64,000 bases of DNA. It comes from Oscillospiraceae bacterium (GTDB taxonomy: Bacteria > Bacillota > Clostridia > Oscillospirales > UBA929). Location: positions 8,582 through 72,581 of the forward strand of contig WRLU01000004.1 in NCBI GenBank assembly GCA_009777475.1. The letters run 5' to 3'. Shown in pieces: positions 44,999-55,496 of this stretch; the first letter of the stretch is position 1; each line of letters begins with the position of its first letter. Under the pieces are notes generated by a model that did not search any database, was not told the origin of the DNA, and saw nothing but the letters and a program-made list of their open reading frames with translations. The position numbers and the translations under genes were made by a program.

Positions 44999-47347
44999 GT
45001 GAAAGGGAACGCAAAATGGTCGGTGCCGGGCAGGGAGATGGGCGAAATTTTTTCGAGCCTGTACATGGTGCCGGCGATTCAAAGGGGTATTGGCCTGGTC
45101 GGGAGGTTTTTGGGCGGCATTTTTTTATCAAGAGCTGTTATCTTTGAGGGTTGGGCACCCTTCGGCTTGGGCTGGCAGGCGGCATCGGGCGGTGGCTTGG
45201 GTGGGCTTGTAGCATTGCTCGGCTCGCTGCTGGGGTATATGTCGTTAGGTCAGGATGTGCAAAGCTTAAAATATATAGCGGTTGTGATACTTATCTATGC
45301 GGGCAATTTGATTTTCAGGGAGACGGGCTTTGCTAAAAATATTATATTTGCTCCCCTCATGGCAGGAGTTGTCTCGGTATTTGTAGGCATTGTATTTGTA
45401 GAGGGCGACCCCTCCATGTTTTTGTTTTTTGCCTGTGAGATAATCCTGATTGTAGGGGCTGGATATTTTTACTCCGTATCGGGAAGCAAACGGAGTGCCG
45501 GCGGGGATGTAGGGTATACCATCAGTCTTTTGATTTTGGCATCAACCCTTTTGATTTCCCTATCCGGCATTAGCATGGTAGGCGGCATTGCACCGGCGCG
45601 GCTTATAGCCGGTCTGTTTGTGTTGCGTACAGCATTTGCAAGCGGTTCGGGGTTAGGCAGTGCCGCTGGCCTGTCGGCGGGCATAGCTATGGATTTAGCC
45701 TTGGGTTATCCTTTTTTTTCCATGTCATATGGGCTGTCGGGTCTGATAGCCGGAGTTTTCAGAAATACCGGGAAATTCTTAGCTGTTGTCGCTTATGTAT
45801 TGGCAGGTGCGGTCGCTGCCCTCTGGGCAGGAACCGATGCCATGCGCTTAACGGCATTGCTTGAAACGTTTGCAGTTTCCGTTATATTCATGCTAATGCC
45901 AGCCCGCCTCAATAAAGGCAAGCGTATTTTAGATGAGGGCACGCCGGAGGTGCAGGATGGATGCCAGGGTACGGACGGTGTTAGGATCCGGGAGCATTCA
46001 CGCCGCCGTTTGGAGCAAAGCTCAATGGCATTCAGGGAGCTGTATACCATGCTGCAAAAGGTATTTGACAGGCAAAAAAACGATGAAGATGTATCAAGCG
46101 TACTGGAGCATGCCTCCGATGCCTTGTGCCGCCGGTGTGCCTTGAGGGGCCTGTGCTGGGATATGGAGATGACAGCAACCCGCCAGGCACTGAGCGATGC
46201 CGGAGGCATATTGGCACGCGAGGGTAAAATAACAGCGGATGATTTTCCGCAGTATTTTACCTCACGCTGTATACAGGTACCAAAATTTATACGGCTGGCT
46301 AACGATGAGATGACCGCCCTTTTGAACCGCAGACAATACAGGTCGCGGCTACAGGAGAGCCGCAATCAAATTTGCCGCCAGTATTCCGAGGTTTCCAAGA
46401 TTTTCGCTGGCATGGCAGAGGATTTTCAGCAAGAGGTCATTTTCGACCAGGGCGCGGAGCGGCGAATACGGCATATCTTATCCGATTGCCGCATACCGTT
46501 TGAGGTTTCTGTGGCACGAGTGGCAGACGGAAAAAACTATGTCGAGCTGACAGGCTCCGGATTGAGCAGGGTTTTGGAAAATGATAGGGACAAGCTTTTG
46601 AAAAACATCAGCTTGGCGGCAGGATATCCGGTAGCTATGCCGGAACAGGTATGCACACCAGAATATGAGAGGATGATTTTTACCCAAGCCGAAACATTGA
46701 AGGCGTCAATAGGCATTGCCTCTCACAAGAAAAAGGGCGAGAGGGAGAGCGGCGATTCGGGTGCCTGGTTCAAAGCCTCCGATGGCAAGGTGTACCTGAT
46801 TCTGTCCGATGGCATGGGCACCGGCCGGCACGCCGGAGAAGAATCTCGTGAAGCAGTAAAGCTTTTAGAGCATTTTTTGCGTGCGGGGATTGAGCCTGAG
46901 ATAGCACTGTCTACCCTGAATTCCGCATTGGTATTGCGCGGTGACGCTCAAACAGAGGGCTTTGTTACAGTTGATTTGTGTATTTGCAATCTGCTTTCGG
47001 GGCAAACACGTTTTTTTAAAAACGGAGCATCCCCCTCTTACATAAAGCGCGGCCATAAAGTATCACAGATTTCAGGTCAAGGCTGGCCGGTAGGCCTAGG
47101 CGTTAATGTTTCGCCTGGCTCGGAAATGACAACCCTGCATATGGATGCAGGCGATGCCGCCATTATGATGAGCGATGGTGTATGCGAAATGGGGCAGGAT
47201 CCCTGGCTCTCGCGCATCATAGAAGCCTGGGATGGGGAAAGCCCGAGAACCCTGGCGGGGAGCATCCTTGAGCAGGCGGTTTTGCAAAACGGCCAGGGGG
47301 ATGATATGCTGGTGCTGGTGCTGTCTCTGGAGGAGCGGATCGGCTAG
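44999..47347 (+). CDS. spoIIE: stage II sporulation protein E (membrane-bound PP2C phosphatase)
   Basis: About 10 N-terminal TM helices, a central regulatory region, and a C-terminal PP2C domain (GDSGAWF..., ILSDGMGTG, MMSDGV, DDM). GTG start 8 nt after AAGGAGGG. Confidence 0.9.
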   Translation: MKGNAKWSVPGREMGEIFSSLYMVPAIQRGIGLVGRFLGGIFLSRAVIFEGWAPFGLGWQAASGGGLGGLVALLGSLLGYMSLGQDVQSLKYIAVVILIYAGNLIFRETGFAKNIIFAPLMAGVVSVFVGIVFVEGDPSMFLFFACEIILIVGAGYFYSVSGSKRSAGGDVGYTISLLILASTLLISLSGISMVGGIAPARLIAGLFVLRTAFASGSGLGSAAGLSAGIAMDLALGYPFFSMSYGLSGLIAGVFRNTGKFLAVVAYVLAGAVAALWAGTDAMRLTALLETFAVSVIFMLMPARLNKGKRILDEGTPEVQDGCQGTDGVRIREHSRRRLEQSSMAFRELYTMLQKVFDRQKNDEDVSSVLEHASDALCRRCALRGLCWDMEMTATRQALSDAGGILAREGKITADDFPQYFTSRCIQVPKFIRLANDEMTALLNRRQYRSRLQESRNQICRQYSEVSKIFAGMAEDFQQEVIFDQGAERRIRHILSDCRIPFEVSVARVADGKNYVELTGSGLSRVLENDRDKLLKNISLAAGYPVAMPEQVCTPEYERMIFTQAETLKASIGIASHKKKGERESGDSGAWFKASDGKVYLILSDGMGTGRHAGEESREAVKLLEHFLRAGIEPEIALSTLNSALVLRGDAQTEGFVTVDLCICNLLSGQTRFFKNGASPSYIKRGHKVSQISGQGWPVGLGVNVSPGSEMTTLHMDAGDAAIMMSDGVCEMGQDPWLSRIIEAWDGESPRTLAGSILEQAVLQNGQGDDMLVLVLSLEERIG

Positions 47348-47353
47348 GCTAAC

Positions 47354-47377
47354 ACAGGCCTCCGACTGGAGGCCTGT
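47354..47377. terminator. hairpin shared by convergent spoIIE and LuxR-family genes
   Basis: Perfect 10-bp stem ACAGGCCTCC/gact/GGAGGCCTGT. No clear U-tract on either strand. Confidence 0.4.
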
Positions 47378-49872
47378 TACTCTACTAACCCCAGTTCATT
47401 TATTTTTATAACAGCCTCTGTCCCATTGGGTACGTCAAGCTTTTTGTAAATCAGCTCCATGTGGCTTTTGACGCCATACGGCTTTAGTCCCATTTTATCG
47501 GCAATTTCCCTTCTGCCCAGACCCTGGCACATCAGCCTCATGACGGTTTTCTGCTTTTCTGTAAAAATCATATTCTTCTCCGTACGGCCTGCCTCGCAGA
47601 CAAAGCCCTTGCGCCTCTTAGAAACCGCTGATGCCCCTGTGTACAGTTTTTTTATAAACTCAAAGGGTGCCTTTCCGGTGTAAGCCTTTTGCACCGACTG
47701 TCTTTCAAGTCTGTGCAGCATGCTCACAATATCGGCACCGGCATTGGCAAACTGCTGAACATAACCGTATTCATAGGCTAAATCTGCAGCCTGTGACATA
47801 TGCCTCAGGGCAATATCCTGGCCGCCCCGGGTTTTCTTCCAATAGGCTACCGAGAGCAAAATCCGCGCTTCTATAATGTCAAGCGGTCTGTTGTAGTCCT
47901 CGCTTAGCTTTAACAGCTTTTTGAGGAATAAAATTGCCGTATTGTAGTTCTTGAGTACGATATACGCCCTTGCTGTGGTGAAATATTGGAATATTTTATA
48001 TAGCTTCAGGCTGCTTTGCATGTTTTCCGAGTTAAACTCCAGCCATTTACGCGCCGCAGCCTCATCGCCGTCGGCTAGCTTAAGCCTAACCCTCCCGGCG
48101 AGAAAATTGGATTTTAGGTAATGGGCATTTTCCTTCTCAATCATATCGTCAATATTGTTTGACGATATGCAGGAATCCTGACCGGAGCCCCTCAGGGCAG
48201 CCGCTAAAACATACATGGCGCAGAACTTAATCTCCGCGGAGCAATTTTCCGCGATATTGGAGCATGCATCCATGGCGTGCTCGCAGGCTGCACTCATGTT
48301 CCCTTTCTCGTAATTGATCCCGGCGTAAATACATTCTCTTATCACGGCATATTCCGCGCTGATAAGAACGCCAAGGCTTTTTTCCAATAGTGTCATTCTA
48401 TTATCGGTGTCAATTGCCATATCTGAATAATCAATGATGGAGCGGTGAAAAAACGGCATATTATTCGTTACGCTAGGAGTATAGACCTTCAATAGGCCCT
48501 TGAAAGGAATGCTGCGCAGTGTTTTCATAAAATTAATACGGTCTTCCCTGCGGTCTATAAAACGGAAGCACGCTCTGGCTATGACTGATCGGGGGCTTTT
48601 TACAATGATCTTCGGAAACAGCTTATGGTATTTATCCAGAATCCTCTCAAAATCCCCTATCCTGCCCTCCATATAAGCCGCCCATGCCTGGACCTCCAGC
48701 AGGAAGGGCTTGTTTTCCACAATGCTATCGTCAAGCACACTGTGGATGGTGTGCAGCGTATCCTCAATAGAGGCAAAAGGGGAATTGTAGTCATACATGT
48801 TGTACAGGCATTCGGAAACCATATCGTTGTGGCTGCCTTTTTTATAATGCTCCACAGCGCGAAAATAATCTCCCCTCCCGAAATAATAGTCGCCTGCCCT
48901 GATTTGTTGCGCGGCAACTGCCTTTTCGCCGCATTTTTGAAGCATAGTGAGCAAAAAATCGCGGAACAAGTCGTGGAAACGGTAGGTCATGTGATCAATC
49001 TGATTTAAAAAAAGGCTTTCGTTTTTGAGTGTTTCAAGAATTTTATCTCCGGAGCCTATGTCGGTAAGGGCTTTGAAAACATCGGCATTCAGCTCTGCGA
49101 CAACCGGCAGCTTCATCAATACTCCTTGAGTTTTCTCGTCTAGCTCACTCCATACATTTTTTTCAAAATAAAGCTCCGGAGTTTCATCATTATGCTCTGT
49201 TTGCAATGGAGTACCCGAGAGCATCAGGCTCCGCATGCTGATTGCCCAGCCGCCTGAGCTGGCTTTATGAATATTTTCCGCCTGTTCCAGTGTAATATGC
49301 TTCCTGTTGAGGATAAAGAATTCCCTGATCTCATCGGCGGTGAAGCAAAAGTTAGTCACAATCTTACAATCCTCAGTGCGCAAAGCATTTGGCACATTGC
49401 CGCGGCTTATACACACAATTGCACGGCCTGGAGCCCGCCGCCTTCTGTGCAAACCGGCGATCAGGCTGAGGATTTTTTCATTAGTTATTTTATGCAGGTC
49501 GTCAAACACAATCGTATATTTACGGCTATCCTCTGCAAAAGCTGAGGCGGCACTCACAGCAAATTCGTCTGGTGCCGAATCAAAGGCCGGATGAGCGGCA
49601 TATTGTCGCAAAACAGCATTGCCGGGCTGAAATTCTGACAATACCGTGACAAGCCGCCTGCAAAAAGAAGTAAGCCTGTTGTCGTATTCGTCAAGGGTAA
49701 TCCAGGCAGTTCTGACTCCCTCGCTTCTTTTCCTGGCGAGCCATAGCTCAACGGCAACTGTTTTCCCATGACCCGCCGGGGCCTGAACGTATAAGAGATT
49801 GTTACCCTTAGTAATTTTGTCAAACTGTTCCGCAAGCTGTTCACGCGGGGCAAAGGCAAATACAGCGTTCAT
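47377..49872 (-). CDS. LAL/MalT-type large ATP-binding LuxR-family transcriptional regulator
   Basis: N-terminal P-loop (QAPAGHGKT), a long helical-repeat middle, and a C-terminal LuxR HTH (FTEKQKTVMRLMCQGLGRREIADKMGLKPYGVKSHMELIYKKL). GGAGG RBS. Confidence 0.85.
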   Translation of the reverse strand: MNAVFAFAPREQLAEQFDKITKGNNLLYVQAPAGHGKTVAVELWLARKRSEGVRTAWITLDEYDNRLTSFCRRLVTVLSEFQPGNAVLRQYAAHPAFDSAPDEFAVSAASAFAEDSRKYTIVFDDLHKITNEKILSLIAGLHRRRRAPGRAIVCISRGNVPNALRTEDCKIVTNFCFTADEIREFFILNRKHITLEQAENIHKASSGGWAISMRSLMLSGTPLQTEHNDETPELYFEKNVWSELDEKTQGVLMKLPVVAELNADVFKALTDIGSGDKILETLKNESLFLNQIDHMTYRFHDLFRDFLLTMLQKCGEKAVAAQQIRAGDYYFGRGDYFRAVEHYKKGSHNDMVSECLYNMYDYNSPFASIEDTLHTIHSVLDDSIVENKPFLLEVQAWAAYMEGRIGDFERILDKYHKLFPKIIVKSPRSVIARACFRFIDRREDRINFMKTLRSIPFKGLLKVYTPSVTNNMPFFHRSIIDYSDMAIDTDNRMTLLEKSLGVLISAEYAVIRECIYAGINYEKGNMSAACEHAMDACSNIAENCSAEIKFCAMYVLAAALRGSGQDSCISSNNIDDMIEKENAHYLKSNFLAGRVRLKLADGDEAAARKWLEFNSENMQSSLKLYKIFQYFTTARAYIVLKNYNTAILFLKKLLKLSEDYNRPLDIIEARILLSVAYWKKTRGGQDIALRHMSQAADLAYEYGYVQQFANAGADIVSMLHRLERQSVQKAYTGKAPFEFIKKLYTGASAVSKRRKGFVCEAGRTEKNMIFTEKQKTVMRLMCQGLGRREIADKMGLKPYGVKSHMELIYKKLDVPNGTEAVIKINELGLVE

Positions 49873-50137
49873 GGAAATCCTCCGTTTTATCTGCCCTGTT
49901 AATTCCGGGGCATATTGTTGTACACATTATACATCATAATATAATATCGTATACCCTTGCATCATAAAAGTACCATTGGGGGGTATGCATTTTCCATTTA
50001 ATGCCGTTGCGTTGCCCGGAAGGTCTTTGACAAAACACAGAAACTATGTTATCCTGTGCTTCCAGGCTAATTTTCAGCAAGAGGGGGCGGCGGATATAGA
50101 CCGGAAGTTAAAACGGATTTTTTCACCGGGAAATCGA

Positions 50138-52099
50138 ATGTTTTTTATCCTCATGATTCTGTTCAGCGTAGCAATGACCGCTATAGGGAGGGACTATGCC
50201 CCTGCTCGCTGGATTGCGGCTGTACAAATTTTGCTAGTTTTTTTATCAATATGGATTTACCGCCGCAGAGTGCTGGAGGACCGGCTGTATGCTATGGAGA
50301 TTTCCTCTGTTATCCATAGGGATATTGATATACGCGATGCCGATTTGTCTTACTTTAATCTCCCTATGATGGTCATACGACTGGGTTCGGGGCAAATTTT
50401 GTGGGCAAATGAAGCTTTTTATGAGACAACAGGCAAACGATGCGGTGTTTTTGAAAAAAGCATAACTGATCTTCTTCCCGGATTCAAGCTAAACTGGCTC
50501 TATGAAAACCACAAGGAAGCACCCGCGGGCGTAACCCTGAAGGACCGCAGCTTTATTGTTTCGGGCAGGGTCATTCATAACAAAAAATCTCAGGCTATGG
50601 CGGTTTTGTATTTTGTGGACGTTACCGAGCTAATGGAGCTGCGTAATAAATACCGGGAATCGCGCCCTGTTGTGTGCATTTTGCTTATAGACAACTATGA
50701 GGAATGCATGAAAAATCTAACAGATTCTCAAAAATCCGAGGTTCTGGCGGTTGTTGACAAAAAAGTAGCAGAGTGGGCTTCTCCCTTGGAAGGGGTTTTT
50801 CGTAAATACGACAGGGATAAGCACATAATTGTTTTTGAAGAACGCAAGATGGAGTTAATTACTGAGCGAAGATTTTCTCTTTTAGAGGATGTCCGCGCAG
50901 TTCATGGTGCCCCGGGGGTTCCGGTTACCATGTCGTTGGGGATAGGCAAGGATGCCGAAACCTTAGCGGAGGGCTTTTCCTTTGCCCAGCTCGCCATTGA
51001 TATGGCATTAAGCCGGGGAGGCGACAGGGCGGTAATAAAAAACAGGCTTCATTTTGAATTTTACGGAGGCCATTCAAAGGAAATCGAAAAGCGCACTAAG
51101 GTAAAGAGCCGTGTTATGGCAGACTCCCTTTCAAGGCTGATTCAAGACAGCTCCCGGATTTTTATCATGGGGCATTCTAATGCCGACATTGACTGCATAG
51201 GGGCAATGTCGGGAATAATGTGCATTGCCCGCAAGCTGAAAAAGGAGGCCGGGATTGTAATCTGCCGGGAAGAATGCGCGGCTAAAAATTTGATTGGCCG
51301 TATGCGGGAGTCACCGGAATATAAAGATGTTTTTACAGATGATCAGGACGCGCTGGTCTGGGCAGACGTTCATACATTGCTTGTCGTTGTTGACTGTAAC
51401 CGCCCAAGCATGGTAGAATCCCGCTCACTGCTGGAGGCGGTTAACCGGGTGGCGGTCATTGACCATCACAGGATAGGGGACGACTGCATAAAATCCGCAG
51501 CACTGGACTTCCACGAGCCGTATGCCTCGTCCGCCTGCGAGCTTGTATGCGAGCTTGTGCAGAATATCTGCCGTCAGGAGGATATTTTACTGATAGAGGC
51601 CGAGGCAATGTTAGGGGGGATTTTTCTTGACACTAAAAATTTTACTATAAATACCGGAATCAGAACCTTTGAGGCGGCGGCATTCCTGCGCCGTATTGGC
51701 GCGGATACGGTGGAAATAAAAAAGCTGTTTCAAAATGACTACCATTCGTCCATGGCAAAGCATAAGCTGATTTCCAGCACCTGCATAGTACGGCGGAACA
51801 TGGCGATAGCCGTAGCAGAATACGAGGTGAGCCGCACAATAGCCGCTCAGGTGGCGGATGCCCTTCTGGAAATTGAGGGCACAGAAGCCTCCTTTGTTAT
51901 AGTGCCGGACGGAGTGCTGACTGTTTTTTCCGCGAGGAGTCTAGGGAGCGTGAACGTACACGCAATTTGCGAAAAGCTTGGCGGAGGCGGTCACCAGTCT
52001 GTAGCCGGAGTGCAGCTAGAGAATATCACGCCCGAAAAAGCTCTTAACCTTTTGAGTGATGCCATTGAGGACTATTGCCTGGAAAACGGCATCACTTAG
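50138..52099 (+). CDS. gdpP: GdpP-type DHH/DHHA1 phosphodiesterase (cyclic-di-AMP phosphodiesterase family)
   Basis: Two N-terminal TM helices, a PAS-like region, a degenerate GGDEF region, a DHH domain (VIDHHR) and DHHA1 (GGGHQSVAG). The start is uncertain anywhere between 49976 and 50138. Confidence 0.8.
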   Translation: MFFILMILFSVAMTAIGRDYAPARWIAAVQILLVFLSIWIYRRRVLEDRLYAMEISSVIHRDIDIRDADLSYFNLPMMVIRLGSGQILWANEAFYETTGKRCGVFEKSITDLLPGFKLNWLYENHKEAPAGVTLKDRSFIVSGRVIHNKKSQAMAVLYFVDVTELMELRNKYRESRPVVCILLIDNYEECMKNLTDSQKSEVLAVVDKKVAEWASPLEGVFRKYDRDKHIIVFEERKMELITERRFSLLEDVRAVHGAPGVPVTMSLGIGKDAETLAEGFSFAQLAIDMALSRGGDRAVIKNRLHFEFYGGHSKEIEKRTKVKSRVMADSLSRLIQDSSRIFIMGHSNADIDCIGAMSGIMCIARKLKKEAGIVICREECAAKNLIGRMRESPEYKDVFTDDQDALVWADVHTLLVVVDCNRPSMVESRSLLEAVNRVAVIDHHRIGDDCIKSAALDFHEPYASSACELVCELVQNICRQEDILLIEAEAMLGGIFLDTKNFTINTGIRTFEAAAFLRRIGADTVEIKKLFQNDYHSSMAKHKLISSTCIVRRNMAIAVAEYEVSRTIAAQVADALLEIEGTEASFVIVPDGVLTVFSARSLGSVNVHAICEKLGGGGHQSVAGVQLENITPEKALNLLSDAIEDYCLENGIT

Positions 52100-52118
52100 G
52101 CAAGCTGACAGCTTGCTT
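52099..52118 (+). terminator. short hairpin after gdpP
   Basis: GCAAGCT/gac/AGCTTGC followed by TTT. Sits in the 37-nt gap between convergent genes. Confidence 0.35.
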
Positions 52119-52136
52119 TGACCGGCCCCTTATCAA

Positions 52137-53879
52137 TTACTTAGATAATTCATCCAATTCAGTCGCCCGGGCTTCGTTAAGGCGGATACAGGCATCAACA
52201 AAACCGTCAACGGAAACCCCATGTATTTGGTTTCCCGATCGGGTGCGGACGGAAACGGTTCCCTCCCCTATTTCTTTATCTCCCATAATCAGTATATATG
52301 GGACACGGTTCAGGCGGAGCCTTTTGATTTTTGACCCCATAGATTCATCCTCTGCTTGTATATCACAGCGAAATCCGGACTGTCTGAGCGTTTCAAGGAT
52401 TTTTTCTGCGTAGCCGTTATGCTCTGTGCGCACCGGAACCAGCCCCACCTGAACAGGAGAGAGCCAGAATGGAAAGCTTCCGGCAAAGTGTTCAATAAGT
52501 ATGCCTATAAACCTCTCAATAGAACCGAACACCACGCGATGAATCATTACAGGGCGACGGCGTTTTCCATCCTGGCATACATATTCTAGGTCAAATCGTT
52601 CTGGCATTTGGAAATCGAGCTGGATTGTGCCGCATTGCCATGTACGCCCCAAGCAGTCCTCCAAATGAAAATCAATCTTTGGGCCATAAAAGGCACCATC
52701 GCCGGAATTGAGGGAAAAATCCTTTCCTGCTGCACACAGGGCGTTTTCCAATGCCGCCTCTGCTTTGTCCCAATCAGCGGCTCTGCCCATAAATTTCTTC
52801 GGACGTGTAGATAATTCAATCTTATAGGCAAAACCGAAGGTTTTGTAAAAATCGTCAATCAGGCTGATAACATTAAAAATTTCGCTTTCTATATGCTCCG
52901 GTGTCATAAATATATGGGCATCGTCTTGCGTAAAACACCGGGCCCTCATCAATCCGTGCAATGTGCCGGATAATTCATGGCGGTGTACCAGCCCGCGTTC
53001 CGCCAAACGCATAGGGAGCTCACGATAGCTGTGAAGTCCTCGTTTAAATACCAGCATACTGCCGGGGCAGTTCATCGGCTTAACAGCAAAATCAGAGCCG
53101 TCAATTTTGGTGAAATACATATTGCCCTGGTAATGATCCCAATGTCCCGAGCGGTGCCAGAGATCTTGATTTAGAATAATGGGTGTTTTTATTTCCTGAT
53201 AGCCCGCCCCGGCGTGCTTCTCCTCCCAAAACCGCTCCAGCACGCCGCGCAATACCAGGCCGCGCGGCAGGAAAAATGGAAATCCGGGAGCCTCCTCAAA
53301 TAATTCAAACAACCCGAGTTCGCGGCCCAATTTACGGTGGTCGCGCTTTTTGGCTTCCTCAATGCGGTTTTTATGGGCTTTGAGGTCTGATTTAGACGGA
53401 AAGGCATAGGCATACAGCCTCTGAAGCATCGGGTTTTTCTCGCTTCCGCGCCAATACGCACCCGCAACTGAATGAATGCAGTACGCCCAGCCGAGCAGCT
53501 CCCGGGTGTTTTCGGCGTGGGGACCCCTGCAAAGGTCAAAAAAGCCGTTTCCTGTACGATAAACTGTTATCTCATCCTCCGGGGGCAGTGACTGAATCAA
53601 TTCAAGCTTATACGGCTCGTCCTCAAACATATCAAGTGCTGCTTGACGACCGGGCAATCTTTCAAAATTAAAGTCAAGCTTTTGCTTTATAATCGCCGCC
53701 ATACGGCTTTCAATTTCAGCAAAATGCTCCTGCGCTAAAGCCTGCGGCAGGTCAAAATCATAGTAAAACCCATCATCGATGGAGGGACCTATGCCCAGCT
53801 TGGCATGGGGAAACATTTGCAATACCGCCTCTGCCATAACGTGAGCTAAGGAATGGCGTCCCGCGTTAATATCCGGCAT
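52137..53879 (-). CDS. thrS: threonine--tRNA ligase lacking the N-terminal TGS domain
   Basis: Starts at the editing (SAD) domain (RHSLAHVMAEAV...GFYYDFD). Class II motifs and the anticodon-binding domain are present. An in-frame TAA lies immediately upstream of the ATG, so the short N-terminus is real. Confidence 0.9.
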   Translation of the reverse strand: MPDINAGRHSLAHVMAEAVLQMFPHAKLGIGPSIDDGFYYDFDLPQALAQEHFAEIESRMAAIIKQKLDFNFERLPGRQAALDMFEDEPYKLELIQSLPPEDEITVYRTGNGFFDLCRGPHAENTRELLGWAYCIHSVAGAYWRGSEKNPMLQRLYAYAFPSKSDLKAHKNRIEEAKKRDHRKLGRELGLFELFEEAPGFPFFLPRGLVLRGVLERFWEEKHAGAGYQEIKTPIILNQDLWHRSGHWDHYQGNMYFTKIDGSDFAVKPMNCPGSMLVFKRGLHSYRELPMRLAERGLVHRHELSGTLHGLMRARCFTQDDAHIFMTPEHIESEIFNVISLIDDFYKTFGFAYKIELSTRPKKFMGRAADWDKAEAALENALCAAGKDFSLNSGDGAFYGPKIDFHLEDCLGRTWQCGTIQLDFQMPERFDLEYVCQDGKRRRPVMIHRVVFGSIERFIGILIEHFAGSFPFWLSPVQVGLVPVRTEHNGYAEKILETLRQSGFRCDIQAEDESMGSKIKRLRLNRVPYILIMGDKEIGEGTVSVRTRSGNQIHGVSVDGFVDACIRLNEARATELDELSK

Positions 53880-53949
53880 TTAATCAGTCCTCTCTCTGGT
53901 GCTCCCGTACGCACTTTTTACATGAGTGAAAAATATTTTTGTATAAGGC

Positions 53950-53978
53950 TTGACAATTCTGCGTGTATGCTCTATAAT
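53950..53978 (+). promoter_or_regulatory. perfect-consensus SigA promoter of tRNA-Thr
   Basis: TTGACA (53950-53955), 17 nt, TATAAT (53973-53978), 23 nt upstream of the tRNA 5' end. Confidence 0.7.
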
Positions 53979-54001
53979 GCGGCAACAGGCGGTGCGGTTG
54001 T

Positions 54002-54077
54002 GCCGAAATAGCTCAGTTGGTAGAGCAGCTGATTTGTAATCAGCAGGTCGCCGGTTCGAGTCCGGCTTTCGGCTCCA
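54002..54077 (+). tRNA. tRNA-Thr (anticodon UGU), CCA encoded
   Basis: The 76-nt cloverleaf folds by hand: acceptor GCCGAAA/TTTCGGC, D arm GCTC/GAGC, anticodon stem GCTGA/TCAGC with loop TTTGTAA, T arm GCCGG/CCGGC with TTCGAGT, discriminator T, then CCA. Confidence 0.95.
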
Positions 54078-54149
54078 GCATCAGCAAATACAAGTTTGCC
54101 ATATCGTTCAGCAAATGTCAATAGGCAAAAAGTAAAAAATGAGAAAAAA

Positions 54150-55496
54150 TCAAACCTCCGCAGGCTGCTCCGCTTGTATTGCCGGGACTGTTGGGGATTC
54201 TGGAACTCCGGGTTCTGCCGCTAGCTGTTCATTTGTATCGGTTAATAGCTCAACTCCCCTCAGCACCCTATTGATTTGCCTTGTCCTTACGCCAACGATT
54301 TGCTCAATCGTATTGTCGGCGGTTTGGATTTGCCTGTGTGCCAGAGCAAGTATCTTCTCAAATTCGGCGAATTGATTTTTTACCGCCCGCAACGTGTCCC
54401 AGACCTTCTGCGAATGCTGTTCGATGGCGAGAGTCTTAAATCCCATCTGGAGAGATGACAGGAATGCCGACAGCGTACTGCCCCCTACTGCCGTGACCTT
54501 GTACTTATCCCTCAGTTCTTCAAACAGGGCGGCATTTTGCACTACCTCTGCGTATAGCCCTTCGGTTGGCAGGAACATCAGTGCAAAATCCGTAGTTTTC
54601 GGCGGAAGGATATATTTGTCGCGAATATCCCTTGCAAATGCCCGGAATTTCTGTGCCAGCGATTTTCGCGCCTCATCGATCGCCGTTTTGTCCCCTGCAT
54701 CAAGCAGGCGGTTATAGTCCTCAACCGGGAACTTTGAGTCAATCGGAAGCAGAAGCGGCACATCGCCGTTGCCAGGTAGCTTGACGGCAAACTCCACCCT
54801 CTTGCCGTTTGCAATTTCAGCATTCACCTCGTACTGACCCGGTGTTAGGATATCCGACAGAAGCATTTCAAGGCGAACCTCGCCGTATGTACCGCGTTCC
54901 TTAACATTGGTGAGTGCGTTTTTCAGGCTCTTGGCATCGGCGGCAAGGTTTTTCATTTCCCCTAAGCCCTGCTGAACGCTGTCAAGCTGCTTACTGACCA
55001 GCCCGAACGACTGTGACAGCCGTGTCTCAAGTGTCCTTTGGAGTTTTTCGTCCACAACGCCCCGCATTTGCTCCAGCCGCTTTTCATTGCTTTCCTGAAG
55101 CGACTTCATTTTGCTTTCCAAAGTGGCGTTTACCTTTTCGGTGTTTTCGGCGTTTCCCCGCTGTATGCAGGAAAGCCGCGTGTCGAGTTGCTCTTGGAAT
55201 TCCCGTAGCTGTCTGTTTGTTTCCTCCCTGTTTGCCTGCAAGGTTCTGTTTAGCTCGGCACGGCTCGCTTGTAGTGTAGCTTGGATGCTCTCTTGAATTA
55301 CACCGAATCGCTGGAACTGCTCGGTTGCTCCTGTGCTGAGTTGATTTGCGATGCTGTCGCGCTGCTCGATGCTGTTGCGCTTGAGCAATGAGGCAACCTC
55401 ATCTATGCCGGATTTTTTCTTGCCAGCGAGCAAGAGTATAATGATGGTTGCCGGTAATACGGCAGATGCAATTGTCAGAATTAGTTGAATATCCAT
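54150..55496 (-). CDS. rmuC: DNA recombination protein RmuC
   Basis: N-terminal TM helix, a long coiled coil, and a C-terminal RmuC nuclease-like domain (...FALMFLPTEGLYAE...). AGGAGG RBS. Confidence 0.85.
   Translation of the reverse strand: MDIQLILTIASAVLPATIIILLLAGKKKSGIDEVASLLKRNSIEQRDSIANQLSTGATEQFQRFGVIQESIQATLQASRAELNRTLQANREETNRQLREFQEQLDTRLSCIQRGNAENTEKVNATLESKMKSLQESNEKRLEQMRGVVDEKLQRTLETRLSQSFGLVSKQLDSVQQGLGEMKNLAADAKSLKNALTNVKERGTYGEVRLEMLLSDILTPGQYEVNAEIANGKRVEFAVKLPGNGDVPLLLPIDSKFPVEDYNRLLDAGDKTAIDEARKSLAQKFRAFARDIRDKYILPPKTTDFALMFLPTEGLYAEVVQNAALFEELRDKYKVTAVGGSTLSAFLSSLQMGFKTLAIEQHSQKVWDTLRAVKNQFAEFEKILALAHRQIQTADNTIEQIVGVRTRQINRVLRGVELLTDTNEQLAAEPGVPESPTVPAIQAEQPAEV

Noticed and set aside
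53880-54001. T-box leader upstream of thrS
   Set aside because: Only about 120 nt separate thrS from the divergent tRNA gene, most of it occupied by the tRNA promoter. No AGAGA box, GGTGGTACC motif or terminator is present.
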